A stretch of DNA of 64,000 nucleotides from the human T2T-CHM13v2.0 reference genome, Homo sapiens: the NCBI RefSeq assembly GCF_009914755.1, contig NC_060931.1. One strand, 5' to 3'. This document shows positions 1 through 34,769 of this stretch, piece after piece. Numbering within the stretch: position 1 is the stretch's first letter; each line of letters opens with the position of its first letter. The notes beneath the pieces are model-generated. The model was not told the DNA's origin. It saw nothing but the letters and a program-made list of their open reading frames with translations, and searched no databases. Both the position numbers and the translations under genes were made by a program.

Positions 1-296
<296 letters not shown>

Positions 297-980
297 TTAT
301 CTCAAAAAAAAAAGATGGGCGAATGATCAGAGACTTTCTGAGAGGGTGCCCTCCCCAGTTGGTCTGTGTCTTAGGAAATCTGGGGTGTGTGTTGGGGTGC
401 TGAGCGTGGCAGAGGGGCAGGGGTGGAAGAGGTCTGGGGGAGGGAGGGTTAAGCTCACCCAGCAATGGGTAGATGGGCCCCGGTGGCAGGAAAGGGGGAT
501 TTCTGAGCTGCATGTCTTTGCTGAGGGTGAGTTTGGGCAGGGGTCATCTAAGGATGGGGCCAGCCGAGGGGCCCCCAGGAACACCCAGCCCCACAGGCCA
601 GCAGTACACGGTAGGGTTGGAGTGGTGGTGGCCGCAGGAGATGAGTGTGACCGGGAACCAGGGCCACTCCGAGAGTTACCATGTGACAGGACAACAACTC
701 CAGCCCATGCCCCAGCGTGTCCCCAAAGTCCTTTAATAGCAAGGCCTCCAGAGAATGTTGCGTCCCAATTCATAGTGTCAGGGCAGGACTGCAGGTTGCT
801 TTAGGGTCAAATATTTCCATTGTGGTCTTCAGCATGTTGACACAAAACTGTCTGCATGCTTGGAAAGGTCAGAGGTTGTGTGTCTCGGTGTGCGTTCTCA
901 GCTCTGGTGTAAGGAACACAGAAGGTTGAATGAGCTTCTGGTTATGTCAGGGAAAGACCAGGGAAGTGTCGTGCCATTAA

Positions 981-1298
<318 letters not shown>

Positions 1299-1422
1299 TG
1301 AACCACCCCCCTCGGCCTCCCAAAGTGCTGGGATTACAGGCATGAGCCACCGCGCCCAGCCGCCTGGTGCTTTTTTAATTTTATTTTTTATTTTTGAGAC
1401 AAGGTCTTACACTGTCACCTAG

Positions 1423-1557
<135 letters not shown>

Positions 1558-2769
1558 TAGATTATTTTTTGTAGAGACAGGATCTCACTGTGTTGCCCAG
1601 GCTGGTCACCTGGTGCTTTTATCTGCAAAGGGACATTGATTCCTCACCCTGGTTCCTGAAGGCAGACAGTAGATACCCCTCTTGGAAGTTTGGGGAACAG
1701 GCTCAGGAGCTGTGTAAATATGCCCAAGACCACAGGATCGGACTGCCAACTCCAAAGCATTGCCTTTTTTTTTTTTTTTGAGACAGAGTCTTGCTAGTCC
1801 GGAGAGCAGTGGCGTGATCTTAGCTCACTGCAGCCTCGAACTCCCAGGTTCAAGCGATTCTTGTGCTTCAGCCCCCCAAGTAGCTAGGATTACAGGCATG
1901 TGCCACTATGCCAGGCTAATTTTTGTATTTTTAGTAGAGATGGGTTTTCACCATGTTGGCCAGGCTGGGCTCGAACTCCTGACCTCAAGTGATCTGCTTG
2001 CCTTGGCCTCCCCAAAGTGATGGGATTACAGGCATGAACCACTGTGCCTGACCAGGTGTTTTTGTTTTTTTTTTTTAATCATAGGTACTTGTAACTCTGT
2101 AAAAAGTCTACCCTGCCATACACAATGTCTGGGGACTTGTTTTTCAACCCACAGTGCTGTGACATTGCTGACACTTGTTTATCTCTTTGCTTAACACTGT
2201 GGATGGTTCATGTGTTGCCTGCTGGGTAATATTCTGCCATTCTTCATGTCCTCTTCTGCTGATGGGCGTCTGGGCTGTGGCCAGGTTTTTGTTACTGAGA
2301 ACAGGCTGTCACGGATCCTCTTGTCTGTGTCTCCCGTTACATATCTGTAAAGGGTGGATGTCTCAGAATGGAAATGCTGAGTCATGGGGCGTATGCTACA
2401 AGTCCCCCCTGCCTTCAGAAAGCCCCCAACCCATAGAGGCAGTTCAGCCCCGGCTCGGCAGACCCCAGGCAGCTAACTCCTTTAACCCAACTAAGCTTCG
2501 GTTTTCCCGTCTGTGAAATGGGAATCATTCTACAGCACATTCATTAAGGTCACACTGATTACAGACCTCGTACCAAGCCCTGTGCTGGGCATGGCGGCCC
2601 TGGAGGAGGAGATGCAGCCTTGTCTCTTGCTCGCAAAGACAGAAATGGGGCCGGGCACGGTGGCTCACACTTGTAATCCCAGCACTTTGGGAGGCTGAGG
2701 TGGGTGGATCACCTGAGGTCAGGGGTTGGAGACCAGCCTGGCCAACATGGCGAAACCCCATCTCTACTA

Positions 2770-2925
<156 letters not shown>

Positions 2926-3216
2926 TCAAAAAAAAAAAAAAAGGCAGACAGACGTGGAAGTGATTAATCTCAGTACTATGATGGATATCACCATGGCTAG
3001 GGAGGTGATAGGCTGGTGGGGGTGAAAGGAAGTCGGGCTGGGGACCATGAGAATTGGGGAGATCCAAAATCAGTGATTATTTTGCACCAAGACCTGACAA
3101 GCAGAAGGTATACTCTTGTCTACAAGGACTGAGATCTCCTGGAGGGGAGCCTGGGTTCCTGGGGCTTTCCCCCAGATCTTTGTGATTTCTTCTGCCCTAT
3201 CCGTCCCCTTTGGTAA

Positions 3217-3634
<418 letters not shown>

Positions 3635-3813
3635 CTTATTTTCTATCTTAAGGCAAAATAACTCCTGTTCAGGATCGCCCTTCCAATTGCAGAACCAATT
3701 AAGGGCCTTTTTCTAAGTAAAACTTGAAAGGGCAGCTTCTAGTTGCTAAGGACAGGAGAAATGAAATGTAAATAACAGGAGAGACCCATTGAAAACCCAG
3801 GAGAAACAGATGA

Positions 3814-4173
<360 letters not shown>

Positions 4174-4396
4174 TGATCCGCCTGCCTTGGCCTTCCAAAG
4201 TGCTGGGATTACAGGCATGAGCCACTGCGCCCGGCCACTCACTGCGTGTTTTAAAAGGCCCCTGTCAGCTGGGTGCACTGGCTCGCAACTGTAATCCCAG
4301 TACTTTGGGAGGCCGAGGCTTGGGAGGATCGCTTGAGGTCAGGAATTCGAGACCAGCCTGGGCAATATAGCAAGACCCCGTCTCCACAAACATTTA

Positions 4397-4726
<330 letters not shown>

Positions 4727-6385
4727 TCATTCCAGACAGAACGGGCCACACTTTGCAAGAAACACCCCTGTCCTTCCAGGCTGGTGCTGTAATCCCAAGT
4801 GGGCTGAGAAAGGACCTGCTTTAAGTAAGGCCCGAGAATGTTTTGTAAACAGGCGCCCATAACATCCAAGACACCTGTCTTGGGGCATGTTTGCAGAGCC
4901 TCTCTGGTTTGGGTGGGTGGGTCACTTGAGCAGTGAAGGCTCTGGGCTTGTTTCAAAACCCCGCTGGCCAGGCTCTTTTTTGTTTGTTTGTTTGTTTTTG
5001 AGATGGAGTCTCGCTCTGTCACCCAGTCTGGAGTGCAGTGGCACAATCTCGACTCAACTGCAGTCTCCACCTCCCCGGTTCAAGCAATTCTGCATCAGCC
5101 TCCCGAGTAGCTGGGACTACAGGTGTGCACCACCACACCTGGCTAATTTTTTGTATTTTTAGTAGAGGTAGAGATGGGGTTTCACCATGTTGGCCAGGCT
5201 GGTCTCGAACTCCTGACCTCAGGTGAGCCACCTGCCTCTGCCTCCCAAAGTGCTGGCATTACAGGCATGATCCACCGCACCCGGCAGGCCAGGCCGTTAA
5301 TTCCAAAGGTCCTGGCTTGTTCCCAGGCAAGCTAGCAGGTGACCTTGGCAGAGTCTGGCTGACACAGGGCATGGTGACCCTGCAGGAATCAAGCCTGCAT
5401 CTTTTATTTTATTTTTTTAAGACAGGATCTCACTGTGTCACCCAGCCTGGAGTGCAGTGGTGCAATCACGGCTCACTGCAACCTCCGCCTCCCAGGCCCA
5501 AGTGATCCTCCCACCTCTGCCTCCTGAGTAGCTGAGACTACAGGGGCACACCACCATGCTCAGGTAATTTTTAAATTTTTTTGTAGAGATGGAGTCTTAC
5601 CATGTTGCCCAGGCTGGTCTCAAACTCCTGGGCTCAAGTGATACCCCTGCCTTGGCCTCCACAAGTGCTGAGATTACAGATGTGAGCCACTGCGCCCGGC
5701 CTCCCACCTGGAGTTTTTTAACAGCACTTAGCACCCACACTGGGTACTTTCTGGCATTTGCTCCTCTTTCCAGCTCTTTGTAGGCAGAGTACAGAGAGGC
5801 CACAAACCCCGGGGGCCCGGCATCTGGGGTGTGGACCTGGCCATGACTCATTAGAAAAGGCGGAGAGAGAATTAGAACTGGAGACCTTAGCTTCTCCAAG
5901 AGGAGGGTTAAGTCAAGGTGATACCACATGAGGGCGGACAGGGTTTGTTCTCTTTGAGGCTTCTCTGATTTTGAAGGCAAGTGTGTGGCCACAGTCCATC
6001 CTTTCGCTCAGCAATCCTTGAGTGTTGATTCCATGCCCAGCCAGTGTCAGATACAAGGTGTGTGTACGGAGGACCCTCTGTCCTTGCTTCTGAGAGCTGT
6101 GGTCTACTGAGGGAAGTAGACCCTTAAAGTATGATTTGTAATAGTTTGTGGGAAGCACTCGGCACTGTCATGCGCAGTTGGATGGGTTGTGCACTGCACA
6201 ACTCTAAGGGCATACTTCACATAGGACTGTGAGATGAACTGTATCCTTGGGCTGTGATGCACCACCAGCCCAGCTGTCCACAGTGGCCTGAAAGTCATCC
6301 AATAGACATAGTGTGGGGCTGTAGGCTGTCAAAGGAGGACAACCTCTATGATGGGAGATGAGGGAAAGGAAGTGGCTGGTGTTGA

Positions 6386-6583
<198 letters not shown>

Positions 6584-6635
6584 TGAGTCTTAAAGGATGA
6601 ACATGAAATCTTCAGCCAACAAAGTTGGGAGGCTA

Positions 6636-6943
<308 letters not shown>

Positions 6944-7101
6944 TCAAATAAAAAAGAAAGAACATTCGTCACTGTTGGAGGCATGAGACTGTGGAGGCAG
7001 GGGCGTTGAGGCCAGGAGTGGAAGAGGGAGACAAGACAGGAGGGTAGTCCAGCCTTGAGTTTGCTTTGTGGGGAGTGGTGGAGAGGCGAAAACGGATCTC
7101 A

Positions 7102-7254
<153 letters not shown>

Positions 7255-7309
7255 TTAAAAAATTAGCTGGGTGTGGTGGTGTGCACCTGTAATCCCGGGT
7301 ACTTGGGAG

Positions 7310-7500
7310 GCTAAGGATGGCCTGCAAGGGGGTGCTGTGCTTGGACTGGGGAATGGCCAACTGCCCGGCAATAGGGGGATGACTTCAAGAAGCAAGGACA
7401 GGAGGGTTAAGCTTGATAAGACAAGAAACACAGCAGATGTAATCCAAAGGCAAAGGGGGACCTGTAGCTTGAATTAAGAAGTGGTGTGGGCTGGGCGCAG
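7310..7500 (+). repeat. Diverged direct duplicate of 37498-37690
   Basis: Collinear blocks aggatgg / ggggtgctgtgcttggac / agacaagaaaca / caaaggcaaag / aattaagaagtgg followed by an Alu start in both copies. Confidence 0.8.
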
Positions 7501-7886
7501 TGACTCACTCCTATAATCCGAGCACTTTGGGAGGCCAAGGCAGAAGGATCACTTGAGCTCAGGAGTGCAAGACCAGTCGGGGCAACATAGTGAGACCCTG
7601 TCTCTACAAAAAATAAAAAATTAGCCGGCTGGGCTTGGGTAATGCACGCCTGTAGTCCAAGCTAGTTGGGAGGCTGAGCTAGGAGGATTGCTTGAGCCCA
7701 GGAGGCAAGGCCACAGTGAGCCAAGATCATGCCACTGCACTCCAGCCTGGGCAACAGAGCAAGAGCCTGTCTCAAAAAAGAAAAAAAAAAAAGGCCGGGC
7801 ATGGTGGCTCACGCCTATAATCCCAGCACTTTGGGAGGCCGAGGCGGGCAGATCACGAGGTCAGGAGATCGAGACCATCCTGGCTA

Positions 7887-8240
<354 letters not shown>

Positions 8241-8660
8241 TCAGCCCCTGGGGACAGGTCACTTCAACAACATATTTATACTCCATTTACACACAGGCCG
8301 CTGTTGCCTTCTGCTGGTGTTTATGCCCTCCGGAATAATTTGTGCGGTCTATTTCTGGAGTGTCCCTCAGAGCCGAGGGCGCCGGGAGCAAGGGCCGCGT
8401 CTGTTTGCCTCCCCGGGGCTCTCGGGCAGCTGGGCAGCCCCGCCCCACCCAGGGAGTACCAGCTCATGGCAGTCTGGTGACTGTGGGAGTCCAGGGCTCT
8501 TTCTGAGTTCCTGGGGGTCCCTAGGAAGGGTCCGGGCCTGACCAGTGATTGCCACTTACTGTGGTGATAATTTGCTGTTGTCCTCAAAGCAATTATAGAT
8601 TTCACGTGTCCAGGCAATACTTGCAAATTGGATATGGGACAGGCAGGGACTGAGACGTAA

Positions 8661-10710
<2,050 letters not shown>

Positions 10711-10912
10711 AAATTTTCAGGAATAAGTTTTGAAAAGGAGCTGGAGAGGTTCTATAGATGAGGGGGCTGCAGGGCAGCTGGCAGGAGAGGAGGCCAGGGA
10801 GAAGGGTGACCCATGGATACACCAGCCACCCCCATCCCCTGCAACACTGTCCACTCAAAGATCCCTTTTCCATTTGCATCTTTTGAGAGAGTGATACTTG
10901 CCCTTTGCCTGG

Positions 10913-11294
10913 TGATATGGTTTGGCTGTGTCCCACCCAAATCTCACCTTGAATTGTAATAATCCCCACGTGTCAAGGGTGGGGGCAGGTGGAGATAATT
11001 GAATCATGGGGGTGGTCTCCCTCATACTGTTCTCCTGGCAGTGAATAAGTCTCACGAGATCTGATGGTTTTATAAAGGGTAGTTCCCCTGCACATGCTCT
11101 CTTGCCTGTTGCCATGTAAGACATGCCTTAGCTCCTTCTTTGCCTTCTGTCATGATTGTGAGCACCCCCGCCCCCCCAGCCCCGCCAACCACCAACCAGC
11201 CATGTGGAACTATGAGTCCATTAAACCTTTTCCCTTTATAAATTACCCAGTCTCGGGTATGTGTTTATTAGCAGCATGAGAACAGACAAATACA
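10913..11294 (+). mobile_element. THE1 (ERVL-MaLR, THE1C/D-like) solo LTR, full length
   Basis: TGATATGGTTTGGCTGTGTC...AAATACA termini; perfect 5-bp TSD CCTGG (10908-10912 and 11295-11299); TATAAA at 11071; ATTAAA at 11220. Confidence 0.93.
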
Positions 11295-12317
11295 CCTGGG
11301 TTACTCATGGGCTTCTTTCTGTCCCAGCTCCCCTCAATGGGTGGGGGTGCAGAGCCCATGCCCGGCTTTGTGCTGGAGAGCCGGAACACCAGATAAGTGG
11401 CCAGGGGTCAGTTTCCTGCAAGCCTCTGCCTGTGCACACTTGGACTTGCCATCTCTGCCTGCAATACTCTCTAGGGTGCAGTGGGGGTGCGGTTCTGGCT
11501 AAATGGGGAACAGGGACATGGGTGTTGAGGGGATGATGACCCCCATCACCCAAGGACCAAAAGCCTAGAAGCTCAGCCCGAGGGCCACCTGGACACAGAC
11601 CTGGGCACCAAAACCATGCCCAGGACCGAGGCCAGCAGGGTCAGGGTTCTGGTCCCTGTTTTTGGAGAATAGATGGTTTTGTTTTGCGGGTAGATGAGCA
11701 ACATACCTCCCAGGCTGAGTGGTGCTATCAGAGATGATGTGAGGTGGGGCAGAGATCCATGTCCCAAAAATGTCACGGATGGCTGCATTCCTCTCTCTTT
11801 AGGGATGGAAAATAAACCGAGGGCTGGGCTGTCAGTCAGCTGGTGGGAATTAGGCATTTTTATGACTTGGAGCTCCAGAGTTGCTGAGGAGGAGGCCAAG
11901 TCAATGGGAGGGGAGATGGGAACAGACACCTAGAGGTTACAGTGGCAGAGCCATGGAAAAGACAGCTCCTCTGCCTGACCCACACTGGAGCCACCCTTCG
12001 GCCACTTCTTCCCTCCGAGAAAACTTGGGATCTTGGGCCCTCAGGCCTGGACACAGTCATAGGGGCTGACTGGCTCCGAGGTCCCCAAAGATTGCGGGGG
12101 TATAGTGGGGACAATCAGCATCTCTGTGCCTCTCCTGAGTGAGAACTGAGTAGGGGGACATGAAGGGAGAGATAAACAACTTACCCGCGGTCACCCCAGC
12201 AGCCTGGGGCCGGAACTCTGGGTGAACTGAGTCATCATCCCCAGGGCACGGGTGGGCAGCTGCCCCAGGGGACCTGCCTGGACTAATGAGATATTCTGTG
12301 TCTGTCCATCCATCCAG

Positions 12318-28960
<16,643 letters not shown>

Positions 28961-30469
28961 AAGGGTCTCTTCTGCTCCTCCCTGCCGCCGCCCGGGCCCA
29001 GCCCTAACCCTGAAGATTGATCTTGCAGTATTTCTCTACAGACTGGAAAATCAGCCTGGGGACCCTGAGGAAGGGGCCTCTGTGGGAGACTCCCTCGATT
29101 GCCAATCCCTCCAGGGCAGGGGCCCACGCCAAGGCCTCTCCATGCCCTCCTGCCTTCCCGGAGCCCCCCGACCCTCCAGAGAACGACCTTTCTCTTCCCT
29201 ACCTCCCCCACCCCGGAAAATGCTTTCGGAGGCCCAGGGAGCTTGTGAGCTGATCCGCCTTCTCATCCGGCCTCACCCACGGCCAGGGGCAGATGCCGAG
29301 GGAAGCCGGTCCCTCCTGCGAGACACCGGTGTGCCAGCTGTCATGTCACCTTGCAGGGCTGGGGCTGGCGGGGTGGGGCCGAGTTTGGGGTGCCCTGGAG
29401 GGTTTGGGGGTGAGTACTGTGGTCACTGGTCTCTGCTTCCATCAGCTCAGGGCTGGTTCCCTCGGAGTGGAGGCCAGCGTGGCCCCCTCAGGTCATCGGG
29501 GCTGGTGAGGCTCAGACAGGAACCCAGGTGGGATCCCCGAGCTGGGAAGGACCCAGACTCCCCCTGTACCTCGCCTGCCAACCACAGGGCCTGGGCCCGA
29601 CTCCCAGCAAGACTGCCAAGAGGGCCCTGTCCAGACCCTCCCCCACAAGCACTCAGTCCTTGGGGGAGGAGGGAGGGTCCCAGGAGACCCACCAGCCTGG
29701 AGCACCAGCTCCTGTCCCCTCGGCTCTCCCTGGACCCGACTTGGGCAGGTAGAGCCTCAGCTTCCCCCAGTAGGGACATCCCTGGCTTTCCAGGCCTGAG
29801 GTTTCTTAGGTGGTGTCCCACCTCCCCAACAGACAACTAGACCAGCATAGGACTCCCCGCCGTCCTCCTCCCTCCTCTGCCCCCAAGTCACCTGCCTGCC
29901 CACCCGCCCCTTGGCTGGGGGCTGTGGCATTCATGAGTACTTGACCCAGGAGGCAGCTTAACTGAGCCTTAATAGAGAAAACCATACTTTGTTTTAGTTT
30001 TTTATTTAATGTATTTGCACCCAGGGTGCTCTTGGCGGTAGTTTCTGTTTGGCAGGGATAGGACCTGTTTGAGTTCTGTCAAGGGAGCCTGGAGGCTCTG
30101 TGTCACTAAGCTGGTGCTCTGTGGCTCCAGGGACAGGCAGTGGGAATCGGGAGATGTCACAGGAGCCTGGGCCCTCTCTTCTGAAGGGAAGCTAGGAGCA
30201 GAGATCTGTTACAAGACGCTGGAGCCGCTGGCACCCCACATGGGAACTCCCACCAACCAGCTGTAGTTCTATCTGAGCACCGGAGGGGGTGAGGGAACCC
30301 GAGGGCCATGGGGAGGTGGACAGCCGGGTGGCAGGCCAGCTGAGTGGTCATGTCCAGGAGGCATGGGGTTAGCCGTGGTGTCCCTTCCAGTGGGGTGGTT
30401 TTCTGAATGAGCAGGACCAAGGGCCCCTGTGGTTTTGGCTCTGGCGGGGGTTTTTTTTTTTTTTTTTGA

Positions 30470-30649
<180 letters not shown>

Positions 30650-31397
30650 TAACATTGCTCAGGCTGGTCTTGAACTCCTGAGTTAAGTGATCCGCCTGCC
30701 TCGGCCTCCCAAAATGCCGGGATTACAGGCGTGAGCCACCACACCCAGCCGAGTTGTGCTGTTTCTGTGGTCAGAGGAGAAGGGATATTTTCTAGTCCTG
30801 ACAAAGTGTTCCCTGCTTCTCTGAGTGGGACCCTCTGAGCCCTGGAAGCCCACCAGAAGGAGAAGCTGTTCTTTAAAATCCTTGTGGGTGTTGAAGGCCC
30901 ACCACATTAATTAGAAACCAACTTTTTTTTTTTTAAGTTAATTTGTTTTGCACAAAACTCCAGAACAAAACTCGTACATTGCTGGTCCCAAAAGGGAGGT
31001 GGCCAAGTGGGGCAGGGCTGTGGTGGAAGCCCTGAGTCCCCTTTCTGACCTTGCAAGGCCTTGATTTTCCTTTCTGTCATTTCCCCCTGACGGTGTCACT
31101 TCTCTGCCTTTCCTTCCCGCCGTGCAAGTGTGTCGGCCCCGTGACCCCAGAGTCGTGTGTCCCCTAGACTTCCTAGGACGTATCTATTGTACACACCTAT
31201 AAATACCTGTGTTTTATGTTGATAGAGATATATACTGTAAATAGCATATATACTTGAGCAATATATATGTTAATATATACTGTGTGCGCAGTCCGTGGAC
31301 ACAGCCCCCCGCTGTGTGTGCACACGTGTATGGGCGTGACGGCCTCCACCCCGCACCGTCTGCCATACACGCGGGCACATTTGAGCCACCATATATT

Positions 31398-31403
31398 TTT
31401 AAT
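31398..31403 (-). terminator. Candidate poly(A) signal ATTAAA for the distal RCC1L terminal exon
   Basis: TTTAAT on +, about 900 nt past the TGA. Confidence 0.5.
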
Positions 31404-32292
31404 TCAAGTATATAGGCAATACGATTATTACAGAAGCCGATGGGTTCCCTCAGACCTGACTTGAGAGAACAAAGCCAGCAGCTCAAAGAGCCTGTGACAT
31501 GGGACGTGGGAAGGGTGCTGAGAGCCCGCTGTGGCGTGGGTCATGCCTTCTGCACCCCACTTTCCCCAGGCAAGATCCCTGGGCGCCCTTATTTGGGGGG
31601 ATGTTGATCCCGAGGGAGGAGTATTTGGAATTTCTTGCTTTTAACCAGAATGCCCCCTCTCCCCTGCCCTCGCCAGCAGCCTCACCCTGAAGACCTGGGC
31701 CTGCTGAATGGGCCACACGCTGCCTGTGTCCTGCCTCCGTGGGTGGCACTTTTTACGCAGGCAGCTTCTCTGTTTTTTTTGTTTTTTGTAACCTGCAAGC
31801 TTAGAAATCTCAGGTTGTGCTCCTGGGGCTGCTCCTGGGGACTGGCCTCGTGTCATGGAGAAAAGCATGTGTGTCGGGGCGCGCTGGGGCCAGGGTATGG
31901 CTCTCCGCCCTGGCTGGCTCTGCAGGGGTGGTCCCTGTTCAAGCCCGCTCCGTGGGAGCTGCCCCCTGGGGACCCTGCTCCTCGGTCACAGGGGGCCCCT
32001 TTAGTTTTCCCATCCCCATCCTGCTCGTGTAAAGCTTGGTTTATCTTCTCGGCGTTCTGTGTGTAGCGTAGTCTTGGTTTGGTCTCCACAGCTCTTCGGG
32101 GTGGGGTGTGAGTGTGGTTTTTCCCAGGCAGGGGCCGTCTGCCCTTGTCCCCCAGCTATCTCCTGGTCTGCTGGGTGGGAGGGTCTCTCCAGGCCCCAGA
32201 CCCCACTTGGAGGGGCATGTGTTTCTCAGAGGGGCTCCATCCGCAGTTGCATGGAACTCCTTACCTGTTTGCCGTCCATCCCCCGGAGGTAA

Positions 32293-32340
32293 TCAGAGGA
32301 GTGGGCCTGTTGTCTTGGCGCTGGCGGATGGGGCAGGTGC
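32293..32340 (-). CDS. RCC1L: RCC1L distal alternative terminal exon ([15 protein letters not shown]), antisense within the CASTOR2 3'UTR
   Basis: ccctcttcctcccccgccag|GCA...CTC TGA, phase 0 after exon 10; 15 aa versus 25 aa matches a 10-aa-shorter isoform. Confidence 0.75.
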   Translation of the reverse strand, partial: APAPSASAKTTGPLL

Positions 32341-33644
32341 CTGGCGGGGGAGGAAGAGGGCTCTCTATGATGTGGAATTTTTTTTTTTTTTTTTTTGAGA
32401 CGGAGTCTTGCTCTGTCGCCCAGGCTGGAGTGCTGTGGCATGATCTCAGCTCACTGCAGCAACCTCCACTTCCTGGGTTCAAGCGAGTCTCCTACATTGG
32501 CCTCCCAAGTAGGTGAGATTACAGGCACTCACCACCACACGCGGCTAATTTTTGTATTTTTGGTAGAGACGGGGTTTCACCATGTTGGCCACGCTGGTCT
32601 TGAACTCCTGACCTCAAGTGATCCACCCACCTTGGCCTCCCGAAGTGCTGGGATTACAGGCATGAGCCACCGTGCCCGGCCTCATGGAATTTCTAGGGGT
32701 GAGCAGGTGACCCTGGGGCTGCCACTTGAGCTCCTGGAGTGTGTGTCTTGGCCCCTGTGTGGTTCTCCATTAAGAAAAGCTCAGATAGTCTCAACCCCAC
32801 CCTCTCCCCTTGCTGCACTCAGAGTACCAGTGGGAGCTGAAGGATGGGGAGGAACAGAGCAGTGACCACCCCTCCCTGCCACTGATAAGTTCTGCCTCGT
32901 CGTGGGGCTCCCCTGGTTCCCAAGACACCCCTTCCTCCCTCAGCCCGTCGTCCTAACCCAGCAAAGATCTGGGCATTGCTGACTCTGCACCTCCTTCCTC
33001 CATGGGCATCTCCAGGACCGCCCTCCTTCAAGGGGCACTGCCCACACCACCGTCCTCAGCCCGAGGCATGCATCTGAGCTGGAGAGGCTTGCAGGCCTGA
33101 CCCTGGTAGCTTCCCCTCCCCAAGATTCAGAGGCGGGGACCCAAAGCCTCACTCCAAACCACTGGCATTCTCACCTCCTCTCACCTCCAGGCACCAGGCT
33201 GCTGGTGGGAAAGGAAGGAGCTGGGGGATCAGAGGCTTCCAGTGTGGCCTCCGGAAGCAGCAGCGTAGCCAGGGTGACATTTGTTCAGCAGGAGGAGGCT
33301 TGGTCTGGAGGGGCTTGCCCCTCTGAGGTGACAGAGGATGCCCTGGAGGTCAGGAGAGAAGACTGGGAAGACAGGAAGGGCCAGGCCCCTGTTAAAGCCC
33401 AGGGCACTATTTGGTGATCTTCAAAGGTGAACACAGGCCACCTCCCACTGGCCCCCTCCTCCTGGCCACATTTTCCAGGGATACCCTGGGGAGTCCTAAG
33501 GCCACCCTGGGCCCCTTTCTGAGCCTAGAGATCTGGATGTGGTGACAACCAGGGCTTTTCCCAGCCCCAGCTAAGAGAGGGGGCTTTAGGGCAAGAGCAC
33601 CTCAGCCCTGCAATGGGGGGATCTTTTTTTTTTTTTTTTTTTGA

Positions 33645-33932
<288 letters not shown>

Positions 33933-34769
33933 TGAAGCGCTTTGCATGGGGATGGGAAGAAGCACCCCCAACCTTCTAGTCCGCTCCGAGCAGGGCCTGG
34001 AGCATTGGAGACATTGGTTAGTGTAATAGGCAGAGCCTGAGTGAGGCCGGGGGGCTTCTCCAACAGAGAAAAGACATTGGCTTTGGGTACCATGCTGAGG
34101 GAGGGGGTTAGGCCTGGTGGGGGCCCATTCAAAGGAGGCCGGGCTCGGTGGCTTAGGCCTGTCATCCCAGCACTTTGGGAGACCAAGGTGGGAGGATAGC
34201 TTGAGGCCAAGATAGCAAGACCACCCTGGTCAACATAGCAAGACCCTGCCTCTACAAGAAAATAACGAAAGAGGCCCCAGGGAAGGAAGCCAGCCAGGAG
34301 CAGCCTGGAGCAGAGGCAGGAGCCTGAGGCCTGAGCCATGGCATCCAGGGACAGCCTGGTGGCCGAGAGAGCTTGTGGCTGTCACTATAAGGGAAGAGGA
34401 GCTATGGAAATTGGAAGTGCAGGGTGGCCTGTGTGCTAGGAGTGGGGGTGCAGGCCTAGGTGTGTTTATGCACACGTTTGTGCATGTACGTGTGAGCGTG
34501 GATGTGTTCCTATGCATTAGAGTGTGTGCGTGCACGTGTGCAGAGCCCACACCTGAGATATGGGACTGGCTCTTGGAGTATTTTGAGTTCTCAGTAGCAG
34601 TCTTGTTGTCAGGCCTTGAGTGCAGAAATGATTAGGTGAGTGAGGGCAGGACTCGAATGCAGACCCTGGCTCCAGGGGAGAGGGTGGGGCGTCTCTGGTA
34701 GGACGGCCTCACCCCACTTGTCAGAACTACTCTGGAGGGGGGCAAAGGTGTCAGGAACAGTTTGAGCAG

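Noticed and set aside
29082-29840. 252-aa ORF, the longest in the window
   Set aside because: Non-ATG start, GC-rich 3'UTR, P/G/R/S-biased composition and no recognisable domain.
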